Below, piece by piece: positions 11,146 to 20,800 of a DNA stretch of 64,000 nt (its first letter is position 1; each line of letters starts with the position of its first letter). The notes under the pieces are model-generated. The model was not told where the DNA came from, did not search any database, and saw nothing but the letters and a program-made list of their open reading frames with translations. The position numbers were made by a program, and so were the translations under genes. Source of the DNA: Macrostomum lignano (Eukaryota); contig NIVC01001201.1 of assembly GCA_002269645.1 (NCBI GenBank), forward strand, positions 272,806 through 336,805, written 5' to 3'.

Positions 11146-13926
11146 ATGATTGCCGACGACTCCGAGCGGGCGCTGACCTCCGGCCTGCTCAGCGCGCTGG
11201 GAACCGAGGCGCGCCAGATCCCGCTGCGCCCGACCACGGCCGGCCTCACCCGGCGGGCCCGCCTGGCCAAGCCGACGGCGCCTCTGCCGCTTGAGGAAGA
11301 TGGCGGCTCCGGTGGGGACGGCGTCCTGCAGCTGCCGCTGATCGACGACGCTCGCCGACAGAAGCGTCGGAAGCGGCCACCGGCTGGCGGCTCCAGTCCG
11401 GACCGGCTGGAAGCACTCGGCCCCCGGCGCCTCGGCGCCATCGCGCTGCGCACCACCGTCGAGTGGGTCGGCGACGACCGTCTGGCACAACTGTCGCTGG
11501 GCGGCGGCAAGCCTGCGGCACCTGCTGGCCGCCTGCGCTTGGAGTCGGCCGAGGGTGAGGGTCGCGCCGAACAAGGCGAGTCGGCGACTCGACCTGCCAC
11601 GGCCACCGCATCCTGGCGTCGACGCCGCTCGGAGACGTCGCCGAAGCCGATGGCTGCCGATGTTGCCGATTGCGTCAACACGCGCTACGCGGTGCTGAAC
11701 GGCCGCACCCGGACGGAGGCCAGCGATTTCGAGGCCTTCAGGCGGCGCTACGGCCGCGGCAGCGACTGGGGTCGCGTGGCGTGGGCGGCCCGCGGCATGG
11801 AGCAGTTCCTCACCGCCTACTCCGTGCCGATCGCCTTCGTCAACGGCGAGAAGCTGGCGGCCCTGGCTGAGCAGCTCGACTTGTCCGGCCGGCGGCCGAC
11901 CGGAGCTCAGCTTCTCGACTGTCTCATCAACCGGTCGGACGTGGCGCGGCTGGTGTCGCAGCCCGGCCGGCGGTTCTCCGGCCCGGACGGCCGGTTCCGA
12001 GCCTGCGCGCTCATCCAGGCCCGTTGGCGCGGCTTCGCGCAGCGCCGCCGCTACCTGGAGCTGCGGCGCCGGCGTCAGGCGGCCGTTGTCATCGCCACGG
12101 CCTGGCTGCTGCAACTGCGCCGGAGGGTCGCCCGGGTGCGTCTCAGCGAAGCCCGGTCGCAGCACCTGGACGGCTACAGGCGCAGGCTGCGGCTGCTCGC
12201 CAAGAACTGGGCGGACTGGCAGCGCCAGCGCCGCGTCCTGGTGCACATCCCGTCGGCTGGGCTCTCGGAGCGGACGCGGAGTCGTCTCGGCGATGACGGA
12301 ATCGACCAGCTGCAGGCCGGGCAGATGGCGCGGTTGTGCGACATCCGCGACCCAAATGTGGACGTCGTGCTGGTCTGCCCGCGGCCGGTGAGCCCGGAGG
12401 TGGCGCAGTACTTCAGCCGGCTGGCGGGCCTTCAGCCTGCCATCCGGTCGGGCCGCGCCGAGGACCAGGCGGACGCCAGCAGGAGGTTTCGCCTGGTGGT
12501 GCCGGAGGCGGTCGGTCAGTTCCGCGGGCTGCCGCTGTGCCTGTCCACCCTGCTCAACTACTCGCCGAAGGCGCTCCGCCAGATTCGCGAGGTGGTGGCG
12601 GGCCGGCGGGCCTTCATCGTGCCCGGGCTGGCCTGCGCCGACGACCTCGCCGTGGCCGACCAGCTGGACCTGCCGATCCTCTGCCCGGAGCCCGGCGCCC
12701 TACGGCTGTACAGCGGCAGCGCGGGAGTCGGAGAAATTCTTCGAGCCGCCGGGCTGCCGATGCCGCCGGGCGAAGCCGGGCTGGCGGCGTCGGTCGAATG
12801 TCTGGCAGACAGGCTGGCGGCGCTGGTCACCTCCAACCTGGACGTCGGCCGGTGGCAGGTGACGCTGGAGGATTCGGTCGACGAAGCGGAGGACGCGGAT
12901 CGAAGCCGGCGGGTGTTCGACCCGGAGCGACTTCGCTGTCACCAGTGGGCGCTGGAGGAGCGGCAGCGGCTTGGAGAGGCGTGGTCAATGTCTTGGAGTC
13001 AGGAGAGCGTCAAGCTGAAGGTGCTGGAGGAGCTTCACCAGTCCGACTCGGCAGGGCTGAGCGGCCAGTGCGGCCGGGAGTTCCTGGCCGAGTTCGCCGC
13101 TCGCGGAGGCTGCATTCGAGCGTGCGCGGATGGCAGGGCGGCTCGGGTCAGCGCCGACCTCTGCGTTGAGCCTAGCGGAGCTGTGCGGCTCGTCAGCTGC
13201 GCGGACGGCGGCGGCAGCGGCGGTCCGAGGTTCGTACCCCAGTCAGCGCTGCCCCCGAGCCGCCTCTCCGAGCTCTGTGGCCGGCTCGGCTCGGCCTGCT
13301 TCGAACGACGACTCATCGGACACGTCAGCGTCGAGTTCGACGTGTTCCAGGAGGGCGGCAGCTCCGCGCCTGCCGTGCTGACAGCCGGGCTGCGGTTCGG
13401 CTATTCGGACACGGCCGCGATGGCGCAGCTGCTGCAGTTCGCCACCAACTCCAGCCTCGACCCGGTTGGCCACGAGCTCACGATGAGGCGGCGGCTTTCC
13501 GGCGGCGGCGGCGGAGGCGGCAGCAGCGGAGTTCGGCACCGACCGCGCACCGCCGCTGCTGCAGTCGGCTCCACCGGCAGTGGTCGTCAGCGTCGATTTG
13601 CCGCTCTTTCGGCCGGCCTGCGGCACTCCGGCCTGGCCGCCGTGGACTTCGGCGTCTTCTTCCAGCTGTGCAAAGCCCGTGGCGTCGGGTTCGACGTCGC
13701 GGACCTCACCGGCACCGTCTTCTGCCTGGCCGAATCGGCTCGGCGCGACCGCCTGTGCGTCCTGACGGTGTCGAACGGGCCGCATCGGGCGCGGGCGGAG
13801 TTCGCGCGGGTGCTGGCCGCCATCAACGAGGAGCTGGGCGCGGCGGAGTTGTCGAACTTCGCGGACTACCTGCCGCCGGAGGGCGAGAGAGTCGAGCGGC
13901 TGAAGGCGCGGGGCTCGGAGGCCTGA
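11146..13926 (+). CDS. IQCH: IQ motif-containing protein H (IQCH/NYD-SP5) ortholog, single coding exon, 926 aa
   Basis: IQ motif ALIQARWRGFAQRRRY, followed by IATAWLL, LAKNW...RRVLVHIPS.G, RLCDIRDPNVDVV and C-terminal FFQLCKARGVGFD...GTVF, matching IQCH as recalled. First ATG of the 1022-codon ORF is at 11146, after an acceptor-like CCCCAG. Confidence 0.9.
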   Translation: MIADDSERALTSGLLSALGTEARQIPLRPTTAGLTRRARLAKPTAPLPLEEDGGSGGDGVLQLPLIDDARRQKRRKRPPAGGSSPDRLEALGPRRLGAIALRTTVEWVGDDRLAQLSLGGGKPAAPAGRLRLESAEGEGRAEQGESATRPATATASWRRRRSETSPKPMAADVADCVNTRYAVLNGRTRTEASDFEAFRRRYGRGSDWGRVAWAARGMEQFLTAYSVPIAFVNGEKLAALAEQLDLSGRRPTGAQLLDCLINRSDVARLVSQPGRRFSGPDGRFRACALIQARWRGFAQRRRYLELRRRRQAAVVIATAWLLQLRRRVARVRLSEARSQHLDGYRRRLRLLAKNWADWQRQRRVLVHIPSAGLSERTRSRLGDDGIDQLQAGQMARLCDIRDPNVDVVLVCPRPVSPEVAQYFSRLAGLQPAIRSGRAEDQADASRRFRLVVPEAVGQFRGLPLCLSTLLNYSPKALRQIREVVAGRRAFIVPGLACADDLAVADQLDLPILCPEPGALRLYSGSAGVGEILRAAGLPMPPGEAGLAASVECLADRLAALVTSNLDVGRWQVTLEDSVDEAEDADRSRRVFDPERLRCHQWALEERQRLGEAWSMSWSQESVKLKVLEELHQSDSAGLSGQCGREFLAEFAARGGCIRACADGRAARVSADLCVEPSGAVRLVSCADGGGSGGPRFVPQSALPPSRLSELCGRLGSACFERRLIGHVSVEFDVFQEGGSSAPAVLTAGLRFGYSDTAAMAQLLQFATNSSLDPVGHELTMRRRLSGGGGGGGSSGVRHRPRTAAAAVGSTGSGRQRRFAALSAGLRHSGLAAVDFGVFFQLCKARGVGFDVADLTGTVFCLAESARRDRLCVLTVSNGPHRARAEFARVLAAINEELGAAELSNFADYLPPEGERVERLKARGSEA

Positions 13927-14565
13927 CGGAGAAAATCTGTTCAGGAAAACGATGCATAAGAGAGATGCAAACAGCGGCCAAACACACGCCGGCTTCGGCT
14001 GACCTTCAGATGTCCAGCAAACTATGCAGCTAAACACTGAAGAGCTGCTCTCCCACTAATGCGTTTTGAAACTGCATAAATAAACTGTGCCTTTAAGTTT
14101 CCATAATTTTCAAGTGCGTGACAGACACTCTTACTGCAAGTAGCCAATTTGGAGTTGTTTGGAGTTGAAGTACTACTCACAGTACGAACTTTGATTAGCG
14201 ATGTACCTCACTGAGTGTGATTGAAATATTAATTATGCTTTGCATTTTAGCTCTGGTAGGGTAGCAGTGAAGGCAGTGAAGCTCTGTACAGATAAATAAA
14301 CTACTATGAGTAGCGCATGTGTGTTGCTCAGTACAGCACTGGGCTTGAACTGCACTTTAGCAAAGAATTGAATGTTTATTTGTGAATTTATGTAGAAAAT
14401 CTATTTATTGCATATTTTTATCCCATTGCGATTTCTCAGAATCCCACAACGCCGCGGGGCTTCCTTCTGTTCGATGATGAGCACCAGATGCTGCCGGGGT
14501 CGCGTGCTTCTCAGGTACTCAGCTCAAGCGGCTGCCACCTGCCCTTGGGAAAATCCCCGACCCCA

Positions 14566-14960
14566 ATCTGACACCCATATTGTAGCGTCTGACACCCATA
14601 TTTTAGCATCTGACACCCACATTGTAGCATCTGACACCCACATTGTAGATTCTGACACCCACATTGTAGCATCTGACACCCACATTGTAGCATCTGACAC
14701 ACACATTGTAGCATCTGACACCCACATTGTAGCATCTGACACACACATTGTAGCATCTGACACCCACATTTTAGCATCTGACACCCACATTGTAGCATCT
14801 GACACCCACATTTTAGCATCTGACACCCACATTGTAGCATCTGACACCCACATTGTAGATTCTGACACCCACATTGTAGCATCTGACACCCACATTGTAG
14901 GATCTGACACCCACATTGTAGATTCTGACACCCACATTGTAGCGTCTGACACCCACATTG
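14566..14960. repeat. 21-bp minisatellite TCTGACACCCACATTGTAGCA between the convergent IQCH and beta-subunit-like 3' ends
   Basis: About 19 copies seen directly. Confidence 0.97.
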
Positions 14961-15214
14961 TACGCCCATCTTGTAGCTCTTGTGACCGCCGGGACATTTT
15001 GTGGCTTCTGACAGCCGTTATAATTCTATTGAAACTGAAATAACGTTAATTTAAATCAAGTAACTATAAAAGGTGAAAGATTTTCAGTAATTGTCCAGCA
15101 AAAGAAGAGGACATGATTGATATCAGAGTCAGAATCCAGCTCAGATAAAGCAGAGCCATAGGTGTCAGTCAGCAACACTTTCATTCGCCGGGCTGCTCAA
15201 CTGCAGCTCAGGTT

Positions 15215-16045
15215 CTACTTGAACAGCAGCTGCAGCCGCGCCGATGTGCTGGCGTTTCTCAGAATCTCGTTGTCCAGCCAGCAGGTGACGCTGATCAAGA
15301 CGTTCCTCGGCGGCCGCCTCAGCTGCACCATCGCCACTGGGGGCAGGTAGAACGGCGAGTCAGTCACGTACGGGAAGAAGTACCTGGGGAAGTAGGTGAA
15401 GGATTGGGAGAGGTACCGCATGGTGGGGTAGTAGGCCAGGCTGATGTTGGCCCCGGACACCGAGCATGCGATTCTGGGGTTCTCCGAGTAGTTCCTCGAC
15501 AGCTGCGGTCCCGCCTTCACGAGGACGCACGGGTCGCCCCTGACGTAGCCGAAGGCCGCGTAGGCGTTGCAGGGGCCGAAGGCGGCAACGGATGGCACGC
15601 AGGTCTCGCCGACGGTCGGGTAGCGCTGCTCGCTGGCGCAGTCCGTGGGGCGCCGGCGGCCCCGGCTCAGCAGCGGGCGCCACACGCGGACCGATGCGTG
15701 GCTGAGCTGCTGACCGAGCCGCGACAACAGCATCGCCATGGCCTCCGAGTTGGCCGGGTCCACCTCCACCCGGGGACCGCCGAAGTGGCTCCGAGGCTCG
15801 AGCAGCAGGTAGCCGGTGGGCGCCGGCTTGAGCAGCAGCAGGCAGACGACGGCGAGGAAGCCGGCGGCGAACAGCGTCATAATGGCCACGGCCAAAGCCA
15901 CCTGGATCTTCAGCTGGTTGTCGGCGCTGCTGTCCACCTCTGTGACGGGTGCCGGCGCCGGTTCTTTCGTCGAGTCGACGGGGAAGTAGCGCGGCGAAAA
16001 CCGGGACTGCCGCCGGGCGTACTTGGCGCGCTGCGGCTCCGACAT
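15215..16045 (-). CDS. Divergent Na,K-/H,K-ATPase beta-subunit-like type II membrane protein, 276 aa, single coding exon
   Basis: One TM helix near the N-terminus. Six ectodomain Cys in the family pattern (TDC..ETC; FGPC..FGYVRGDPCVLVK; IAC..VTC) plus YFFPY....YLPPVAMVQ. Family assignment from recalled motifs. Confidence 0.8.
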   Translation of the reverse strand: MSEPQRAKYARRQSRFSPRYFPVDSTKEPAPAPVTEVDSSADNQLKIQVALAVAIMTLFAAGFLAVVCLLLLKPAPTGYLLLEPRSHFGGPRVEVDPANSEAMAMLLSRLGQQLSHASVRVWRPLLSRGRRRPTDCASEQRYPTVGETCVPSVAAFGPCNAYAAFGYVRGDPCVLVKAGPQLSRNYSENPRIACSVSGANISLAYYPTMRYLSQSFTYFPRYFFPYVTDSPFYLPPVAMVQLRRPPRNVLISVTCWLDNEILRNASTSARLQLLFK

Positions 16046-17829
16046 GGCCTGAGAGAGCAGCTGAACAGCCTCGGCGCATTGAGCAGTGCGAGCTTCGCTT
16101 TTATAGGGCCTGGCATCCCATCCTCCCTGCTCTCCCCGCTCCCCCCACTAGCTCCTCATCCCCTTTTTGGTCGAGCAATTTCCGATGGAGTTCCGCTGAC
16201 AAGGCGAGCTGCCTGCCGCTGCAGCGCCTCGTCCGAATGCAATCGACTTTGAATGCTGGATGGGGCTGGATGAGGGAGGCTGGAGGCTGGGGGGAGGGAC
16301 AGAAAGGAAGGCAGATGGCTATTAATAATCTCCCACACACGCGCTCACAATGGCCTCGGGAAAATCATGCGCGACTGATTTTTTCGGCTTTGTATATAGC
16401 AGACTGTAGTGGGAAGTGAACTATGCTGAGTAGAGATCCCACCTGAGCCTTATCAATCTGCGAGGTGATCTCACTGGTCACGCCGAGCAGGCATTTTGTC
16501 CTCTGAGACTCTGAAGCAGCAGACAGGCTATTTTATAGCATTAGAGCAACGTTTCTTGAGGTAGACATAAAACTCGTAGTTAATTAATTCAATAGAATAT
16601 TAATTAGTTGCAATATTCTCTGCTAGGTGGTCAGGTGTGGCAGCCAGTGGTACAGCCGCATGTGGATGCACTGTGTACAAGCACTGTGTACAAGCACTGT
16701 GTACATGCACTGTGTACATGCACTGTGTACATGCAATGTGTACATTGTGTGCATACACTGTTTAGAAGCACTGTGTACAATAAAGTATGTTTTCAGCATG
16801 ATAGAGGTCGAACTTGTCGGCAAGAGACTATGAAAGACAAGGTACGACCTGTTTCAGATTTCCGAAGGAGGATAAGAAGCCGTTGCGACATGCAAAACTT
16901 TCACCGAACTCAAAGGCGGCAACTTAGGAAGCGTCTCAGCTTGAGCTTGCAAGTTTGAGCTTCATAGAACGGCCCCAGGTATTCAGGGGTCCCCAGGCTG
17001 TATGAGCGCCCAGGCTGCATAAATTTCTGTCTGTCTGCAGCAGTCAGTTCGCGTAAGACTCTTATGTGCAGGTATGTGCAGGTATGTCGATGTGATGCAT
17101 CGCTGAGCAGGATATTCTATTGAATCATTCCGCATTTCGGCTCTGAGCGTTCGGGCAGGGCGGAAATCGATATGGCATTATCCCCTTGCAGCGTTCAGCC
17201 AGGTTTTTCGGGAAAATAATCCCCACCTTGTTCTAGTAGGGTGCATTAGCATCGAAATGTATTCAGAGATTATTGTGCTACGGGCTGGAGAGTGCTTAGG
17301 CTTATCTGTGTGGCTAGCAAATGTCACTTCATGGACTGGAAAGCCTTACAAATTTGCCCATCTTGCAGTGGACTTTTACCGCCGAAAGCGAAGACGACGC
17401 GCCGATTCTGCAGGAAGCATCGAAAAAGTGCGAATGCAGGAAGGCTGGGAGTTTTGCTGCCTTATTGGCTCTGCTGTGCAGCTGGCGCCTGCATGCGTTC
17501 TTTCCGTCCGATAATCCGGGACTTGGAGAGCAAAGGAACCTGGGGGTGTGGCACTGCTGCAGGCCCGCATTCAACATTTGGGAATGGCCAACCGAAATGC
17601 CATCCAGGTTCCTCGCTCTCAGTTCGAACTTTTCTACCCCCCCCCCTTCTTCCCCGATCTGACGGACCCCGTTGAAGGTATTCGGGAACTCGGGAAAAAA
17701 TCGGGATGGTAAAACCCAGGTGACCCCCCTGGTTCGAAAGCGCTTTTCGAACTCCCCCCTCTCCCAGGGAGTCAGGGGGATAGAAATGCCCCGGCACGAG
17801 CGCTGTGCCTCCGGAAAAATTCGGTCGCG

Positions 17830-20800
17830 ATGTTCCGCTCAGCCAAGAGGACCCTCGCAACCGGCGCTGGCCGATCCGGCTCCTACCTGCGCGACATTCT
17901 CGCGCGACCTTCGGGTGGCGTCGAGGCCCCCAGCGACGACGGAGCCAATGACGCCCTCCAGCCGATGCTGCAGGCGTACGATGAGAAGAACTTCACTGAG
18001 TTGGGACGCCTCCTAGGTGAGGGCGCGAACCCGCACTTGCCTCTCCGGGACAACCGGACGCTGGTGCAGCTGGCCGCCTTCGACGGCAACCTGCAGGCGC
18101 TGCGACTGTTCAAGGAGCAGGGCGTCGATTTGAACCGACGCGGACCGGACGGCAAAGTGCCGCTGCATCACGCGCTCAGTGCCAGGCGGCTGCTGACTGT
18201 CAAGAGGATGTGCCAGCTCGGCGCCAGTCCTGATGTGCCCTACTCGTCTGGCGCCTACCCGGTACACCGGTACAGCGGCCAGGCCAGTGTGGAGGTCATC
18301 CGATGCCTGCTCAGTAAGTTGTTGAGAAGACTACTTAAGGCTTTGAACCCCAACTAGTTCTTGATCGGGGAAGAAATTGCCTACATTTAGGCTCGTAAAT
18401 CACATTATACTCGTAAGAACAATCAGAATAATTGGCAGAAAATTTTAGGCCTTTAAAGCTCTGACTGAATTAAAATCACTGTCAGAGATCACGGATGCAG
18501 AGTCACCATCATCAGCATAGGAAACGCTGCTGTGTGCGCTGCGTCCTTCTCCCACATTGGCAGCCTCTAAAACTGCCTACCTGCCAAAGGGTGCATCTAC
18601 GAGCGTATTAATCTTGCGAATAGGACAGCAACATGTGCTGCAGCGGTGCGTTGATGAAAACTGCAATCCAGATGCCGCTGCACTCGCAACATTGAAGGAA
18701 CAGTTGGCCCAGGTTTTTCAAATACAGATCTATAGTGGCTGCTGCTAAGAGAAACAGGGGTCTGCAGCAAGCAGATAAGGTCACAAAGAGGAAGGAGCCT
18801 TGAACGTCATTCCTAACCCTAACATTTCTGTAGCAGCAAGCCAGGGCTGAAAAGCTTGGTGGCAGCCGTTGAAGCCGCGAATGCTTTCATATAATGGGCA
18901 ACCGAAATCGATTGGTCATATTTCAGCATGCAACGAAGCTCGAGTGTTGCCTTACTAGTGTAGAACAAATACTACTTCCAAGTCGCCAGTAGTAGCAAGA
19001 AATGCGTTTTGCAGTGAAATTTTGGCAGGTTCCTCTATTCTCTTGAAACTCATGCGCTCATTGAACTTTTTAAGTCTTCCAGGCTAAAGTATTGAATTCC
19101 AGCCAATGGCTTGGAAGCTGGTTTGGCTGGTTCCCATACGAATCCCATCATCTACTGCTTCCAGGGGACTGTAAAGCCAGACTGGACGTGTACGACAGGC
19201 TCAACAACACTCCGCTGCACCGCGCCTGCCTCGAGGACTCGTTTCACCACGTGCTGGAGCTGATTGACTATTGCAGTGAGCAGATTCTCAACCACCGCGG
19301 CTACGAGGGCAAGACCGCCTTGCACGTGGCTGTGCTTAACCAAAACCGGCGAATCATTCGCCTGCTGCTCACCCGCGGCTCCTTCGTCGACGTGCCCGCC
19401 AGCAACGGCAAGACGGCCATCGACCTGATAATGGGCGCTAATAATGTTGTGCTCATGAGCGACTTGGCTCATTTCTACACCGACCAGATGTCGGCGGCGG
19501 TGACCGCCACAAGCTTCAAGGAGTTGCTTGACGCGCCGCAATTCCTGCAGTACCTGGGCTTTCTGGACGCTGTGGACAACGAGTTCCAGGTGTGCAGCGT
19601 GCCGTACATTGACCTAGGCGAGGAGGAAGAGAAGCAGTTACTGAAGAAGGTAGTGAAGGATGAAAACATGGATCTCATCGAGTTTAAGGAGATTTTGATG
19701 AAGCTACTCCAGACCGAGGTGTTCCATGTGCTCTGCGACGAACAGAACGACTCCTTGCTGCGGAGAATGGCGGCCAACGTAGTCAGATACGTGCTGTTTC
19801 GTGAAGATGCAGTCATGTTAAAGAAGCTGGTTGCCTGCGGCCTTGTATGGAACCGTATCGAGGTCCTAATTGAGAACAAGCTCGAAGCGCTGTACCTGCA
19901 TACCCCAGACCGCGGATTCGCTGGAATGCTGACTCACTTCTATCGGCACTTTGCCAGTGAACACAAAGTTCAGTGGGGACATCTGGCTAGGCACTACGGC
20001 CAGCGTTGCAGCGCCTTCGGAATGCAGGCCGACCGAGGCGGCCTGAACCAGGACGTTGCCTTCCTCCGCCACCCGATGCACACGCTGGTAATTTGGAGCA
20101 TCCTGGCCGGCCGCAGCAAGCTCACGGAAATTCTACTACAGCGCGAGAGATTCGACGTTTTGCCGATGTCGCTATTTTGCGCGGCACTGCTCCGCACCTT
20201 CAAGGACAACCCGAGCGTCAACGTGGACCCCGACAGCCTGGAAGAAAAGGCGCTGGCTTGTGAGAAGTTTGCCGTGAATATTGCAGAGACCGTGTTTGAG
20301 GTGGACACCTCCTATGATAAGTGCGTGACCACCGACTTCCTGCTGTACCCGCTACCCACCTATGGAAACGTTTCCTGTATGGACCTCGCCGCGAAGAACA
20401 GCTCTGCCCTGTTTCTGCAGAGCCCTCCATGCCAGATCGCTCTAGAGAAGAAATGGTACGGCACTCTGTATGATGCGAACGCCATCATCCGCGAGATAAT
20501 TATTTGGTTGGGCGTTATTCCCCTGAACCCAATCATACCGTGGTACCTGATGCGTCAGGAGCGAATCCTGAAGATTATGGACGAGCGGCACCGCAGCCCC
20601 ACCAAAAAGAGCAGCTGCGATTCGGCTGAAAGTCAGGACTGCAGCTTCCTGCTGACCGACAGCCCCTCCGCGAAGGATGCCATTGTGGCAGAGACTGACC
20701 CAGACGAGTCGGCGACGCCGACGGGGAAAATAGCAAAGGCGCCAATGAATCCGCCTCTAAAGAGGACAAGAAGAAGCAGGATAGTAGCGGCGAGCAGCAG

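Noticed and set aside
11023-12246. 407-aa antisense ORF, and similar shadow ORFs such as 55231-55989 and 15404-16252
   Set aside because: Expected opposite GC-rich coding sequence; no recognisable motifs.
14408-15043. ORFs resembling a metallothionein or Cys-rich protein (QCGCQML repeats) and SDTHIVA repeats
   Set aside because: These are translations of a 21-bp minisatellite open in several frames on both strands, with no splice or start context.
17353-17514. Possible extra upstream coding exon of the TRPM-like gene (VDFYRRKRRRRADSAGS...)
   Set aside because: An acceptor is present, but no convincing in-frame donor before the stop at 17514 and no homology. It may be UTR.
20708-20733. 26-nt micro-intron that would repair the TRPM-like frame
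   Set aside because: Weak donor (GTCGGC), purine-rich with no pyrimidine tract, very short, and the sequence reads as natural protein in the -1 frame. Not fully excluded.
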